Source: a virus
Lineage: Duplodnaviria; Caudoviricetes
Reading direction: 5' to 3' (one strand)
Virus record (IMG/VR): IMGVR_UViG_2863404153_000002
Location: 5,165 to 69,164 of that record
DNA length: 64,000 bases
The translations under genes were made by a program, and so were the position numbers. The notes below the pieces were generated by a model, which had not been told where the DNA came from, searched no databases, and saw only the letters and a list, made by a program, of their open reading frames with translations. Positions 1 to 8,485 of this stretch are shown here, in pieces. Numbering within the stretch: position 1 is the stretch's first letter; each line of letters begins with the position of its first letter.

Positions 1-25
1 CCGGCTGCATTCGCGGGACTGGGCC

Positions 26-313
26 ATGCAGATGGTCTACGACTTCGAGCACGGCGTCACCTACCGCGCCGAGTGCACGTGCGGCGCGTTCAAGGACCAC
101 GACGCCTACGACGAGGCCGCCATCTGGGAGTTCTACCGGCATCGCCCGGCGGGCGACCACAAGGTCAAGGTCCGCGAGATCGGCGGCTTCGCTTTCTCCG
201 ACGTCGGCGACTGGGACTTGGACAAGGTGAACTATCACTTCGCCTACCAGTGCCACGCCGCCTCCTGGGCCATCGCCCAGTACGACGCCGCCCGGAAGGC
301 GGTGGCCGCGTGA
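26..313 (+). CDS. Hypothetical phage protein
   Basis: High-GC codon usage; stop overlaps next GTG (GTGA). Confidence 0.65.
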   Translation: MQMVYDFEHGVTYRAECTCGAFKDHDAYDEAAIWEFYRHRPAGDHKVKVREIGGFAFSDVGDWDLDKVNYHFAYQCHAASWAIAQYDAARKAVAA

Positions 314-762
314 ACGCCGCAGAGTTCAACGCCCTGTACGAGGTCGGTGTCCCGGTCTTCGCGTATCCGGGCGCCCGGCCGGAGGACCACGGTGACGTCA
401 CCCGCCTCGTGACGCGGACTCGGAGCAGGGCGTCCGTCCTCGGGGGCCACACCGACGTGGTCTGGGTGGACGGCTACAGCTCCTGCATCGCTCTCAGCCA
501 CGTCGACCCGGTGTCGGAGGTCGAGTTCAAGGAGGCGCGGGAGGCCGAGACGGCTGCCGCGGTGGCCGAGCTTGGCGCTCTGCCGATGCCTGTCGCCGAG
601 GGGCGGTCGGAGGTGGCCGGCGGGGAGCTTGCCCGGGCGCGCCGGTACATCGCGGCCTTGGAGGCCGCGGCGTGTATCTGCCTTCCGGTGCGGCAGGACG
701 ACGACTACCTGCACGCGGCTGACTGCCCGGTCGCCGCCGCTCAGCTGGCGGTGGCCCGATGA
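310..762 (+). CDS. Hypothetical phage protein
   Basis: GTG start coupled to upstream stop; 3' part of ORF 73..762. Confidence 0.7.
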   Translation: MNAAEFNALYEVGVPVFAYPGARPEDHGDVTRLVTRTRSRASVLGGHTDVVWVDGYSSCIALSHVDPVSEVEFKEAREAETAAAVAELGALPMPVAEGRSEVAGGELARARRYIAALEAAACICLPVRQDDDYLHAADCPVAAAQLAVAR

Positions 763-989
763 CGCTCCCGATCGATCGCTTGGATGTGCCGCTGCCGCAG
801 TTGGTGGCTGATCTGCAGGCGCTGGCCGCCCGCCGGCTTCAGGCGGGTGCGGTGGCCGAGCAGCGGCACCAACTCGACCCGGCCGACGGCGCGTTCGCCG
901 CCCTCGCCTGCGCCTGCCCCAACGGCTGCTCCTGCGCCGCCGACTACCCCGGATGGACCCCTAACACGACCAAGGAGAAGACGTCGTGA
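759..989 (+). CDS. Hypothetical phage protein
   Basis: ATGA/GTGA overlaps at both ends. Confidence 0.6.
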   Translation: MTLPIDRLDVPLPQLVADLQALAARRLQAGAVAEQRHQLDPADGAFAALACACPNGCSCAADYPGWTPNTTKEKTS

Positions 990-1342
990 GGCTCGTCGCC
1001 GAACACCTGCCCGCCCGGCCGCGCAAGGCATCCGCATCCCGGCGCCGACGCCACCACTTCCGGCTCCCGTACCGGCTCCACCAGCACGCTCCGGCCGCCG
1101 CATCGATCCTCCTCGCCCCGGTGTGGACGGACACGCAGGGCCCGCAGGAGCGCGTCTTCGTGGCCCGCGCCCTCGACGCCAACGGTGAGCCCGTGCGTAT
1201 CCCGCCGGGCGGCTCTCGCCAGATCGCATCCCTGCTGCAGGGCGCGTTCCCGGGCGCGGACTGGAACCAGGCCCAGACGTGGCACGCCAAGACGAACCAG
1301 CTCACCACCTGGCGGCAGCAGGAACGGCGGGTGGCGGCATGA
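986..1342 (+). CDS. Hypothetical phage protein
   Basis: Coupled overlaps with both neighbours. Confidence 0.65.
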   Translation: MRLVAEHLPARPRKASASRRRRHHFRLPYRLHQHAPAAASILLAPVWTDTQGPQERVFVARALDANGEPVRIPPGGSRQIASLLQGAFPGADWNQAQTWHAKTNQLTTWRQQERRVAA

Positions 1343-2376
1343 GCGAGTCCTCAAAGATCGAGTGGACAGACGCGACTTGGAATGTCGTCACCGGCTGCGA
1401 GAAGGTGTCGCCCGGCTGCGACAACTGCTATGCCGAGACGTTCGCCGAGCGCTGGCGCGGCATCCCCGGCCACCACTTCGAGACCGGCTTCGACGTCACC
1501 CTCCGCCCCGAGCGGCTGGACATCCCGTTCCGCTGGCGCAAGCCGAAGCGGATCTTCGTAAACAGCATGTCCGACCTGTTCCACAAGGACATCCCCGACT
1601 CGTACATCGCCCAGGTCTTCGCGGTGATGGCCCGTACACCGCAGCACACCTACCAGGTGCTGACGAAGCGCCACGGCCGGATGCGCTCGCTGGTCGGCAG
1701 CCTCATCGACGGCGGTCAGAGTCTCCTTGAGGCCGCGCCCGACGAGGCGACCGCACGGGCCCTGTACGACACCGTCTGGCCGCTTCCGAACGTGTGGTTG
1801 GGCGTGAGCGTCGAGGACCAGAAGCGCGCCAACCTGCGGATCCCGGCTCTCGTCGACACGGCGGCTGCGGTCCGCTTCTTGTCCTGCGAGCCGCTCCTCG
1901 GCCCGCTCGACTTGACCGCGTGGATGCCCAGCGGACATGCCGCGTGGCGCTGCCAGGGACCCGACTGCCGCCGCTTCTACAGCGGTCCGCTGCTGCAGCA
2001 CTGCCCAGACTGCGGGGGCGAAGGCCAATGGACGGGCAGCCACACCGGCAACGGACGCCCGAACGGGCAGCCGATCGGCTGGGTCATCGCGGGCGGCGAG
2101 TCCGGCCGCGGCGCCCGCCCGATGAGCCCTGACTGGGCGCGCAGCATCCGTGACCAGGCCCAGGCTGCGGGCGTGCCCTACCTGTTCAAGCAGTGGGGCG
2201 AGTACGAGCCCACCGGCTACATGGCGATCGGCGCTCGTCAGAAGGGGTGCGTGTTCGTCGGCGATCCGATCGACGACCTCGGCCACCGCTGGGAGATGCG
2301 CCGTGTCGGCAAGGGCAAGGCCGGCCGGGAGTTGGACGGGCGGACCTGGGACGAGTTCCCGGCGGCCGTGGCATGA
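1339..2376 (+). CDS. DUF5131 / phage Gp37-Gp68 family protein (radical-SAM-like Cys motif) with a Zn-ribbon insert
   Basis: SKIEWTDATWN..GCEKVSPGCDNCYA, IFVNSMSDLFH, WVIAGGESG, FKQWG family motifs. Confidence 0.9.
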   Translation: MSESSKIEWTDATWNVVTGCEKVSPGCDNCYAETFAERWRGIPGHHFETGFDVTLRPERLDIPFRWRKPKRIFVNSMSDLFHKDIPDSYIAQVFAVMARTPQHTYQVLTKRHGRMRSLVGSLIDGGQSLLEAAPDEATARALYDTVWPLPNVWLGVSVEDQKRANLRIPALVDTAAAVRFLSCEPLLGPLDLTAWMPSGHAAWRCQGPDCRRFYSGPLLQHCPDCGGEGQWTGSHTGNGRPNGQPIGWVIAGGESGRGARPMSPDWARSIRDQAQAAGVPYLFKQWGEYEPTGYMAIGARQKGCVFVGDPIDDLGHRWEMRRVGKGKAGRELDGRTWDEFPAAVA

Positions 2377-2537
2377 CCGTCCCGCCCGTATCGCCGCGCC
2401 TGTCGCCGACCGCGGGCCTGTTCAACGCACTCGTCCGACTCCTCAACCTCCGCTTGACCGCGCGAGCCCTGGAGCTCGAAGCGCAGATCGCCATCGAAAC
2501 CGCCACCAGCCAGCAGTTGAAGGAGCGAGTCCGGTGA
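2373..2537 (+). CDS. Small hypothetical protein
   Basis: ATGA and GTGA coupling. Confidence 0.5.
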   Translation: MTVPPVSPRLSPTAGLFNALVRLLNLRLTARALELEAQIAIETATSQQLKERVR

Positions 2538-3001
2538 CTCAAGGCCTGCTGCCCGTCCGTCTCGGCTTCCGCCGTCCGGCCGCCCGCAAGCACCGTGCGG
2601 TCGACGAGGTCACCCGCCTCCGCGCGTTCCTCGACGGCGCCAACATCTTCATCCGCGGCCTGCAAATGCACCTGGCCGCCGAAGAGGCGCGGCACGCGAG
2701 GACCGCGGAGGGATGGGCGTACTCGGAGCTGACAGTCGCACAGCAGCAGGCCACCATCGCCGAACTCACCGACGAGCGGAACTACTGGCGCGACGAGGCA
2801 CTCGCGCTGCGGGCCCGGTTCAGCGGTCCGATCGCCGCGGAGGCCAACGCGAACGCGATCACCGTGCCGTGCGGGATCCGGGACACCAGCGCCGTCGAGG
2901 ACCAGGCCACCGGCCCGATCGACGTCCGACCGCTCTGGGCGGCCCGCGACGCCGGACTTCTCGGACCCGTCAGCGACCCCGGACGCGCCACCACCAGCTG
3001 A
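2534..3001 (+). CDS. Hypothetical coiled-coil protein
   Basis: GTG coupled start; followed by GC hairpin near 3023-3045. Confidence 0.6.
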   Translation: MTQGLLPVRLGFRRPAARKHRAVDEVTRLRAFLDGANIFIRGLQMHLAAEEARHARTAEGWAYSELTVAQQQATIAELTDERNYWRDEALALRARFSGPIAAEANANAITVPCGIRDTSAVEDQATGPIDVRPLWAARDAGLLGPVSDPGRATTS

Positions 3002-3076
3002 GCCGCCCGCCAACGCACGAACCCCGCCCGGGGATAGCGGGCGGGGACCACCACCAGCATCCCACGGAGGGATCCC

Positions 3077-4084
3077 GTGACCACGATCAACGCCCACAAG
3101 CTCCAGCGAATGATCAAGCAGATCCGGCCGCACATCAGCGACGACGACACCCTCCCGCCCATCAACGGCATCCGCTTCGAGTGCGACGGCGTCCACATCC
3201 ACGCCCTCGCCACCGACCGCTTCACCTTCGCCGTGGCCCGTGCCAAGGTCCGCGAAGAGACCGACACCTGGACGGCCACCGTCAGCCAAGACGACCTGGG
3301 CTGGTTCACCGCCTGGCTGGAGACCCGCGAGGGCGACACCATCCTCAACCTCGCAGCCACAGGCGACGGACTGGCCGTCACCGACGACCGCGGCACCCTC
3401 GTCGTCCCCGCCGAAGACCACACGTTCCCCAAGTGGCAGAGCCTGTTCCGCGACGCGCTGACGGACGCAGCCACCTCCGGAGACATGGTCAGCGTCGACA
3501 CCAAGATGCTCGGCCGCTGGCAGCACGCCGACACCCACCTCCGCACCTGGCAGACCGCGCCCGAGAAGCCGATCCTCCTCGTCGGCGACGACTTCATCGG
3601 CCTGCAGATGCCCGCCCGCTACAGCGGTGACGCGAAGGACCGGGCCGCAGTGCTCAGCGACTGGTCCGGCACCCTCGGCAAGGCCGGAAAGCCTGCCGAG
3701 ATCACCGTGCCCCCGGCCCCGGGCGCCGTCGCGGAGATGGCGGAGGAGATGCTTCGGCAGACCCTGCGCTCTACATCCGAGATGTTCGGTGCCGACTTCG
3801 ACACCGAGAAGGGCCGTGGAGCCTTCAACGCCTGGGTGCACTCCGGGATCTACGCCTGGTCCGCCTACCGGCTCCTCGAAGCGCTGAAGAAGGCCGACCC
3901 CGACCTGGCCGAGACGACCGTCCGCGACCTCAACGAGCAGCTGGAGTCCGGAGAGCTCGGCGAGTGGGCGTGGGACGCGGCCGAAGCCGCCGGCCACAAC
4001 CCGCAGAAGTGGCACGACGACTACGAGGCCCACAAACAGAAGCTCTCCGAGAAGCAGGCGGCCAAGGCCGAACCGGCCGCCTGA
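3077..4084 (+). CDS. DNA polymerase III beta-clamp-like (DnaN N-terminal) phage protein with a helical C-terminal extension
   Basis: DDTLPPINGIRFE..ALATDRFTFAV and FPKWQSLF resemble DnaN; RBS GGAGG upstream. Confidence 0.75.
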   Translation: MTTINAHKLQRMIKQIRPHISDDDTLPPINGIRFECDGVHIHALATDRFTFAVARAKVREETDTWTATVSQDDLGWFTAWLETREGDTILNLAATGDGLAVTDDRGTLVVPAEDHTFPKWQSLFRDALTDAATSGDMVSVDTKMLGRWQHADTHLRTWQTAPEKPILLVGDDFIGLQMPARYSGDAKDRAAVLSDWSGTLGKAGKPAEITVPPAPGAVAEMAEEMLRQTLRSTSEMFGADFDTEKGRGAFNAWVHSGIYAWSAYRLLEALKKADPDLAETTVRDLNEQLESGELGEWAWDAAEAAGHNPQKWHDDYEAHKQKLSEKQAAKAEPAA

Positions 4085-4216
4085 CCCACCTCTCCACAGA
4101 CGGCCGCGTCGAGCCCACCCCCCCAGGGCTCCGTGGCTTCCAGGGCCCGCCGCTCGCGGCACCCCCCCCCGCTGCGGCGGCGGGCCCGCCCATCCGCACA
4201 CCCTCAGGAGCCTCAC

Positions 4217-4552
4217 ATGAGCACCAGCAACCCCACCATTCCCGCCGATGTCGCCGCCCACGTCCTCTTCCACTACGGCCGCGAGGGCGGCTATCAGGCC
4301 GGCTCGTTCACCGAGCAACTGCTGACCACGATCAGCATGGCCGACCCCGCCAACACCACCCGCCTCGGCCTCGGCTTCCCCGACTACGTAGCCGCCGTCA
4401 CCGCCATCCAGTACGACCCCAACGGCGTCGCCCGCCTCCAGGATCTGGCCGCCGGACGCTGCACCCGCTGCAAGAACGACGACGGCCCCAACACCCCCGC
4501 CGGACTGTGCGAGGCGTGCGCCCGCCCGATGCCCCTGGACGGCGTGGCGTGA
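4217..4552 (+). CDS. Hypothetical phage protein with C-terminal CxxC..CxxC
   Basis: RBS AGGAG; codon bias. Confidence 0.7.
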   Translation: MSTSNPTIPADVAAHVLFHYGREGGYQAGSFTEQLLTTISMADPANTTRLGLGFPDYVAAVTAIQYDPNGVARLQDLAAGRCTRCKNDDGPNTPAGLCEACARPMPLDGVA

Positions 4553-5385
4553 CCGCCGCCGCCGAGGAGCCGGTCGCCGTCGAGCCCGGCCTCTACGACA
4601 TCGACGCCGAGCTCTACCACAGCGACCCGGTCCCCGGCGGCAGCCTGTCCTCGACCGGCGCTCGCAAGCTCGTCGCCGAATGTCCCGCCAAGTTCAAGTA
4701 CGGGCTCGACCACCCCCAACCCCACACGAAGACCCTCGAACTCGGCACCGCCGCCCACAAGCTCGTACTCGACGACGGCCCCGACCTTGTTCTCGTCGAT
4801 GCCCCTCGCTGGGGCACCGACAGCCTCAAGGCCGAGGTCGCCGCGATCCGGGAGGCCGGCGGGATCCCGCTGAAGCGGCCCGAGCTGGAGCAGGTCTGGG
4901 CCATGGCCAAGCAGCTGCGGGCCAACAGCGAGGCCGCGGCCCTGCTGCAGCCCGGCTCCGGACTCGCCGAAATGTCCGCCTTCTGGGAAGAGCACGGCAT
5001 CTGGCGCCGCTGCCGTTTCGACTGGCTCCGCCACGACGGCCAGATCGTCGACTACAAGACCGCCCGATCCTGCCGCCGCGAAGCCGTGGAGAAAGCGTTC
5101 CACGAGCACGGCTACCACATGCAGCAGGAGTGGTACCTCGACGCTGGCGTCGCCCTCGACCTCGTCGACCCCGAGAAGCCGTTCCAGTTCGTGCTGCAGG
5201 AGAAGGACCCGCCCTACCTGGTGGTGGTCACCACCTGCGACCCGATGGCCCGGGAGATCGGCCGCCACCTGAACACGGTCGCCCTCAACACCTACGCCGC
5301 CTGCCAGGAGTCCGGCGAATGGCCCGGCTACCTGCCCAACCCGTTGACCGCGCTGCCCTCGTGGGTCGAGCGCCAGTACACCTAG
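4549..5385 (+). CDS. RecE/exonuclease VIII-like PD-(D/E)XK nuclease
   Basis: SLSSTGARKL, GTAAHKLVL, RCRFDWL, IVDYKT motifs. Confidence 0.88.
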   Translation: MTAAAEEPVAVEPGLYDIDAELYHSDPVPGGSLSSTGARKLVAECPAKFKYGLDHPQPHTKTLELGTAAHKLVLDDGPDLVLVDAPRWGTDSLKAEVAAIREAGGIPLKRPELEQVWAMAKQLRANSEAAALLQPGSGLAEMSAFWEEHGIWRRCRFDWLRHDGQIVDYKTARSCRREAVEKAFHEHGYHMQQEWYLDAGVALDLVDPEKPFQFVLQEKDPPYLVVVTTCDPMAREIGRHLNTVALNTYAACQESGEWPGYLPNPLTALPSWVERQYT

Positions 5386-5397
5386 GAGAACCCGACC

Positions 5398-6168
5398 GTG
5401 ACCCAGCTCCCGCAGCCCGTCCGCACCGGGCGCCCCGCCGCCGAACAGAACGACAACACTGCCCAGTTCACGTTCGCGCCCGCCAGCAAGGCCGGTCGGA
5501 AGGCCCGCCTGTCCATCCAGGGCATGTCCGGCTCAGGCAAGACGTGGACCGGGCTCAGCATCTGCCATGGTCTGTCCGAGGGCGGCCGGTTCGCCGTCAT
5601 CGACACCGAACGCGGCGCCGCCAGCCTGTACGCCGGCCACCTCGGCATCCAGTTCGACACCCTCCCGATGACCCGCTACGACCCGCGCGACCTCGGCCGC
5701 GCCCTCGACGCCGCCGCCCGCGCCGGCTACCCCACCGTCTTCGTCGACAGCCTCTCCCACTACTGGAAAGGCACCGACGGCACCCTCGAACAGGTCGAGA
5801 AGGCCAAGGCCAAGTACGGCGGCAACAAGTTCGCCGGCTGGAAAGACGGCACGCCCATGCAGAACGACATGGTCGCCGCGATCCTCGACTACCCCGGCCA
5901 CGTCGTCTGCTCGATGCGCTCCTACACGGAGTGGGTGCTGGAGAACGGCAAACCGCAGCGGGTCGGCATGCGGCCTGAGCAGCGCAAGGGCATCGAGTAC
6001 GAGTTCGACCTTGCGGTGGCGATGGACCTCGACAACCGGCTCGAAGTCCTCAAGTCCCGCTGCCCGTCGCTCCACCGCGCCGTCATCGAGCGGCCCAGCG
6101 GGGCCCGCGACATCGCCGCCCCGCTCCTCGCCTGGCTCGCCGCCAACCCCGAGACCACCACCGAGTAA
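5398..6168 (+). CDS. AAA ATPase, Sak4-like single-strand annealing protein
   Basis: Walker A GMSGSGKT, AVIDTERG, VFVDSLSH, IEYEFD; adjacent to RecE-like nuclease. Confidence 0.85.
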   Translation: MTQLPQPVRTGRPAAEQNDNTAQFTFAPASKAGRKARLSIQGMSGSGKTWTGLSICHGLSEGGRFAVIDTERGAASLYAGHLGIQFDTLPMTRYDPRDLGRALDAAARAGYPTVFVDSLSHYWKGTDGTLEQVEKAKAKYGGNKFAGWKDGTPMQNDMVAAILDYPGHVVCSMRSYTEWVLENGKPQRVGMRPEQRKGIEYEFDLAVAMDLDNRLEVLKSRCPSLHRAVIERPSGARDIAAPLLAWLAANPETTTE

Positions 6169-6234
6169 CCGCCTCCGGGCTCCCGCCCGCCGCAAACAGG
6201 CGGGCGCCCGACAACACCAGGAGAACACACCGCC

Positions 6235-6570
6235 ATGAAGGTATCCCTCTGCAAGCACTCCTTCCCCTGCCAGCCCCCGCACGGCTCGATCTTCCGGCCC
6301 GGCCCCTGCGACTGCGGCCTCACCTACAGCGAGCACGAGGCCGAACTGGCCCGCCAGGAGGAAGCCCTGATCGTCGGCAGCAGCCGCGACGGCCAGTGCC
6401 CCGACTGCACCCAGACCAAGCGGCTGTTCCGCTGGCAGGCGCCCGCCCAACCGTGGGACGAGCCCGGCACCGAGAAGCCCGTCACGTTCCTGTGCACCAA
6501 CTGCTACAACCTCGCCGTCGACGCCCACAACGCGCTGGTCAACAACCTCTTCGAGGAGGCGGCCCGGTGA
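6235..6570 (+). CDS. Cys-rich hypothetical protein
   Basis: RBS AGGAG; CxxC pairs. Confidence 0.7.
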   Translation: MKVSLCKHSFPCQPPHGSIFRPGPCDCGLTYSEHEAELARQEEALIVGSSRDGQCPDCTQTKRLFRWQAPAQPWDEPGTEKPVTFLCTNCYNLAVDAHNALVNNLFEEAAR

Positions 6571-6836
6571 CCGCGCCGACACCGGCCGAGGGCAAGTGCG
6601 CCCGCTGCAAGCAGACCCGCCCGCTCTTCGCCCGCAAGCCGGACCACGACTGCATCGACACCCTCGGCCGCGTCGACCTCATCGAAGCCGCCCGACTCAT
6701 CGCGGAGATCGAAGACCAGGGCGACCACTGGTGCACCCGCCGCATCGAAGGCCTGCCGCCCCTCAGCTTCTGCGTCCGCTGCTACGACGCCGACGCCGCC
6801 GAAGAAGCCGCACACGTGAAGGAGCACCAGCTGTGA
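6567..6836 (+). CDS. Cys-rich hypothetical protein
   Basis: GTGA coupling. Confidence 0.65.
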   Translation: MTAPTPAEGKCARCKQTRPLFARKPDHDCIDTLGRVDLIEAARLIAEIEDQGDHWCTRRIEGLPPLSFCVRCYDADAAEEAAHVKEHQL

Positions 6837-7204
6837 CGAAGCGTCTGTCTCTCGCCGAGCGCCTGGCCGCCGACGACAAGAACCTCCTCCTCGACGAGAT
6901 CGTGAAGCAGGACGACTGGTCCCTCTTCCTCGTCCAGCAGGCCGTCCTCCACTTCGGCCTCCGCAAGCCCGAGTTCTCGTGCAACGACCTGCGCGACGTG
7001 CTCCCCGAGCTCGGTCACGGCTACCTCGGCGCCGCCATCAACGCCCTGCGCATGAGCGGGATCATCGCCCACACCGACCGCATGGTGCCGTCCACGCAGG
7101 CCAACACCCACGGGCATCGCATCGCGGTCTGGACCCTCACCGTCAAGGGCCGGCAGATCGCGGCCAAGCGCCGTGCCGCCCGCGCCCGGAAGGCGGCGGC
7201 GTGA
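6833..7204 (+). CDS. Putative winged-helix DNA-binding protein
   Basis: FSCNDLRD..YLGAAINALR..WTLT pattern; coupled start. Confidence 0.65.
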   Translation: MTKRLSLAERLAADDKNLLLDEIVKQDDWSLFLVQQAVLHFGLRKPEFSCNDLRDVLPELGHGYLGAAINALRMSGIIAHTDRMVPSTQANTHGHRIAVWTLTVKGRQIAAKRRAARARKAAA

Positions 7205-7371
7205 TGGGCCGCCTCATCACCGCCCTCCCCGCCCTGCTCTACGCCGTCGCCGGCATCTGGGCGATCGCCCACGCCATCCGCGGCGACCGGAACGTCACCC
7301 GCCGAGACATCCGCCGCATCGAAGCCTTCGCCAACCACCCCGCCAACCGGAAGGAGAAGCCGCAGCCATGA
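7204..7371 (+). CDS. Small membrane protein
   Basis: N-terminal hydrophobic helix; TGATG overlap. Confidence 0.55.
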   Translation: MGRLITALPALLYAVAGIWAIAHAIRGDRNVTRRDIRRIEAFANHPANRKEKPQP

Positions 7372-8231
7372 GCACCCGCCCCCTGCCCGCCCACGGAACC
7401 ACAGCCCGCGGCTACGGAAGCCCCGGCCGCCGAGCCCGCTGCCACTGCGACCCCTGCCGGGAAGCCCGCAACCGACACCAAAAGAAGATCCGCATCGACC
7501 GCGAACTGGGACGCAGCCCGTTCACCAGCCCCGACAAAGCGCAAGCCCATCTGCAAACCCTTCACAAAACCATGGGCTGGGACAGCCTTGAGGCCGCTAC
7601 CGGCGTCCGGTTCAGCAACCTCGTCACGATCTACCAGGGCAAGCGCACGAAGATCCGCCACGAAACCGAGGCGAAGATCCTCGCCGTAGGCATCCCCGCC
7701 AAAGGCGACCCCGGCCAGTACGTCGACGCAACCGGCAGCACCCGCCGCCTGCAGGCACTCTCCTGCATCGGACACTCCTACGCCGCCATCTGCCGCGCCG
7801 CAGACACCTGCCCCAACCGGGTCGTCTCCATCGCCAACGGTCGGCAGCCCACCATCCGCCGCGACCTCGCCGAACGGATCAACGCCGCCTACGAGCAACT
7901 GGCATTCAACCCGCCGGCCAGGAACAAGCACACCACCCGGACCCGCAACGTGGCGCACAGCAAAGGCTGGCGGGATCCGCAGTGGTGGGAGGACTACGGC
8001 CGCATCGACGACCCGTCCTTCAACCCGGCCTCCGTCGTCGTCGACGAGCTCAACTTCCGCAGGCGGGCCCAGCTCCGCCGCGAGGAGATCATCCACCTCG
8101 CCTGGCACGGCGACACCCCCGAGCAGATCCTCGCCCGCCTCAACGGTGAAGTGTCCATCTCCACCATCCGCCAGATCGTCCAAGAGTGGCGCACCGGGCA
8201 GAAGCGCGGCCGCAAGGCGGTGGCCGCGTGA
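7368..8231 (+). CDS. Zn-finger/HTH phage protein (paralog of 10152..10931)
   Basis: HG..Y..CHC..C, VDATGSTRRLQAL, IDDP motifs. Confidence 0.8.
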   Translation: MSTRPLPAHGTTARGYGSPGRRARCHCDPCREARNRHQKKIRIDRELGRSPFTSPDKAQAHLQTLHKTMGWDSLEAATGVRFSNLVTIYQGKRTKIRHETEAKILAVGIPAKGDPGQYVDATGSTRRLQALSCIGHSYAAICRAADTCPNRVVSIANGRQPTIRRDLAERINAAYEQLAFNPPARNKHTTRTRNVAHSKGWRDPQWWEDYGRIDDPSFNPASVVVDELNFRRRAQLRREEIIHLAWHGDTPEQILARLNGEVSISTIRQIVQEWRTGQKRGRKAVAA

Positions 8232-8485
8232 GCCGCTACGACTGGATGGCCGACGCCCGCTGCGCCCAGACCGACCCCGACCTGTGGGCAGCCGACCGGC
8301 CCGGCAACACCTACCGCGACGCCCGCCAGATCTGCGGACGCTGCCCCGTCAAGCCCGAATGCGAAGCCCACGCGGGCGCCCTCTCCGGGCAGGACGACAT
8401 CCGCCTCCACGGCATGTGGGCCGGACTCGCCCCACGGAAGCGCAAAACCACCCGCCACCCCGACACCGAAAGGACCGCCGCCTGA
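8228..8485 (+). CDS. whiB: WhiB-family Fe-S transcription regulator
   Basis: C..(DPDLW)..CxxCPVKPEC..GMWAG four-Cys motif. Confidence 0.9.
   Translation: MSRYDWMADARCAQTDPDLWAADRPGNTYRDARQICGRCPVKPECEAHAGALSGQDDIRLHGMWAGLAPRKRKTTRHPDTERTAA

Noticed and set aside
4162-4170. C9 homopolymer as a phase-variation tract
   Set aside because: Intergenic and in the loop of a GC hairpin; not in a reading frame or a recognisable promoter spacer
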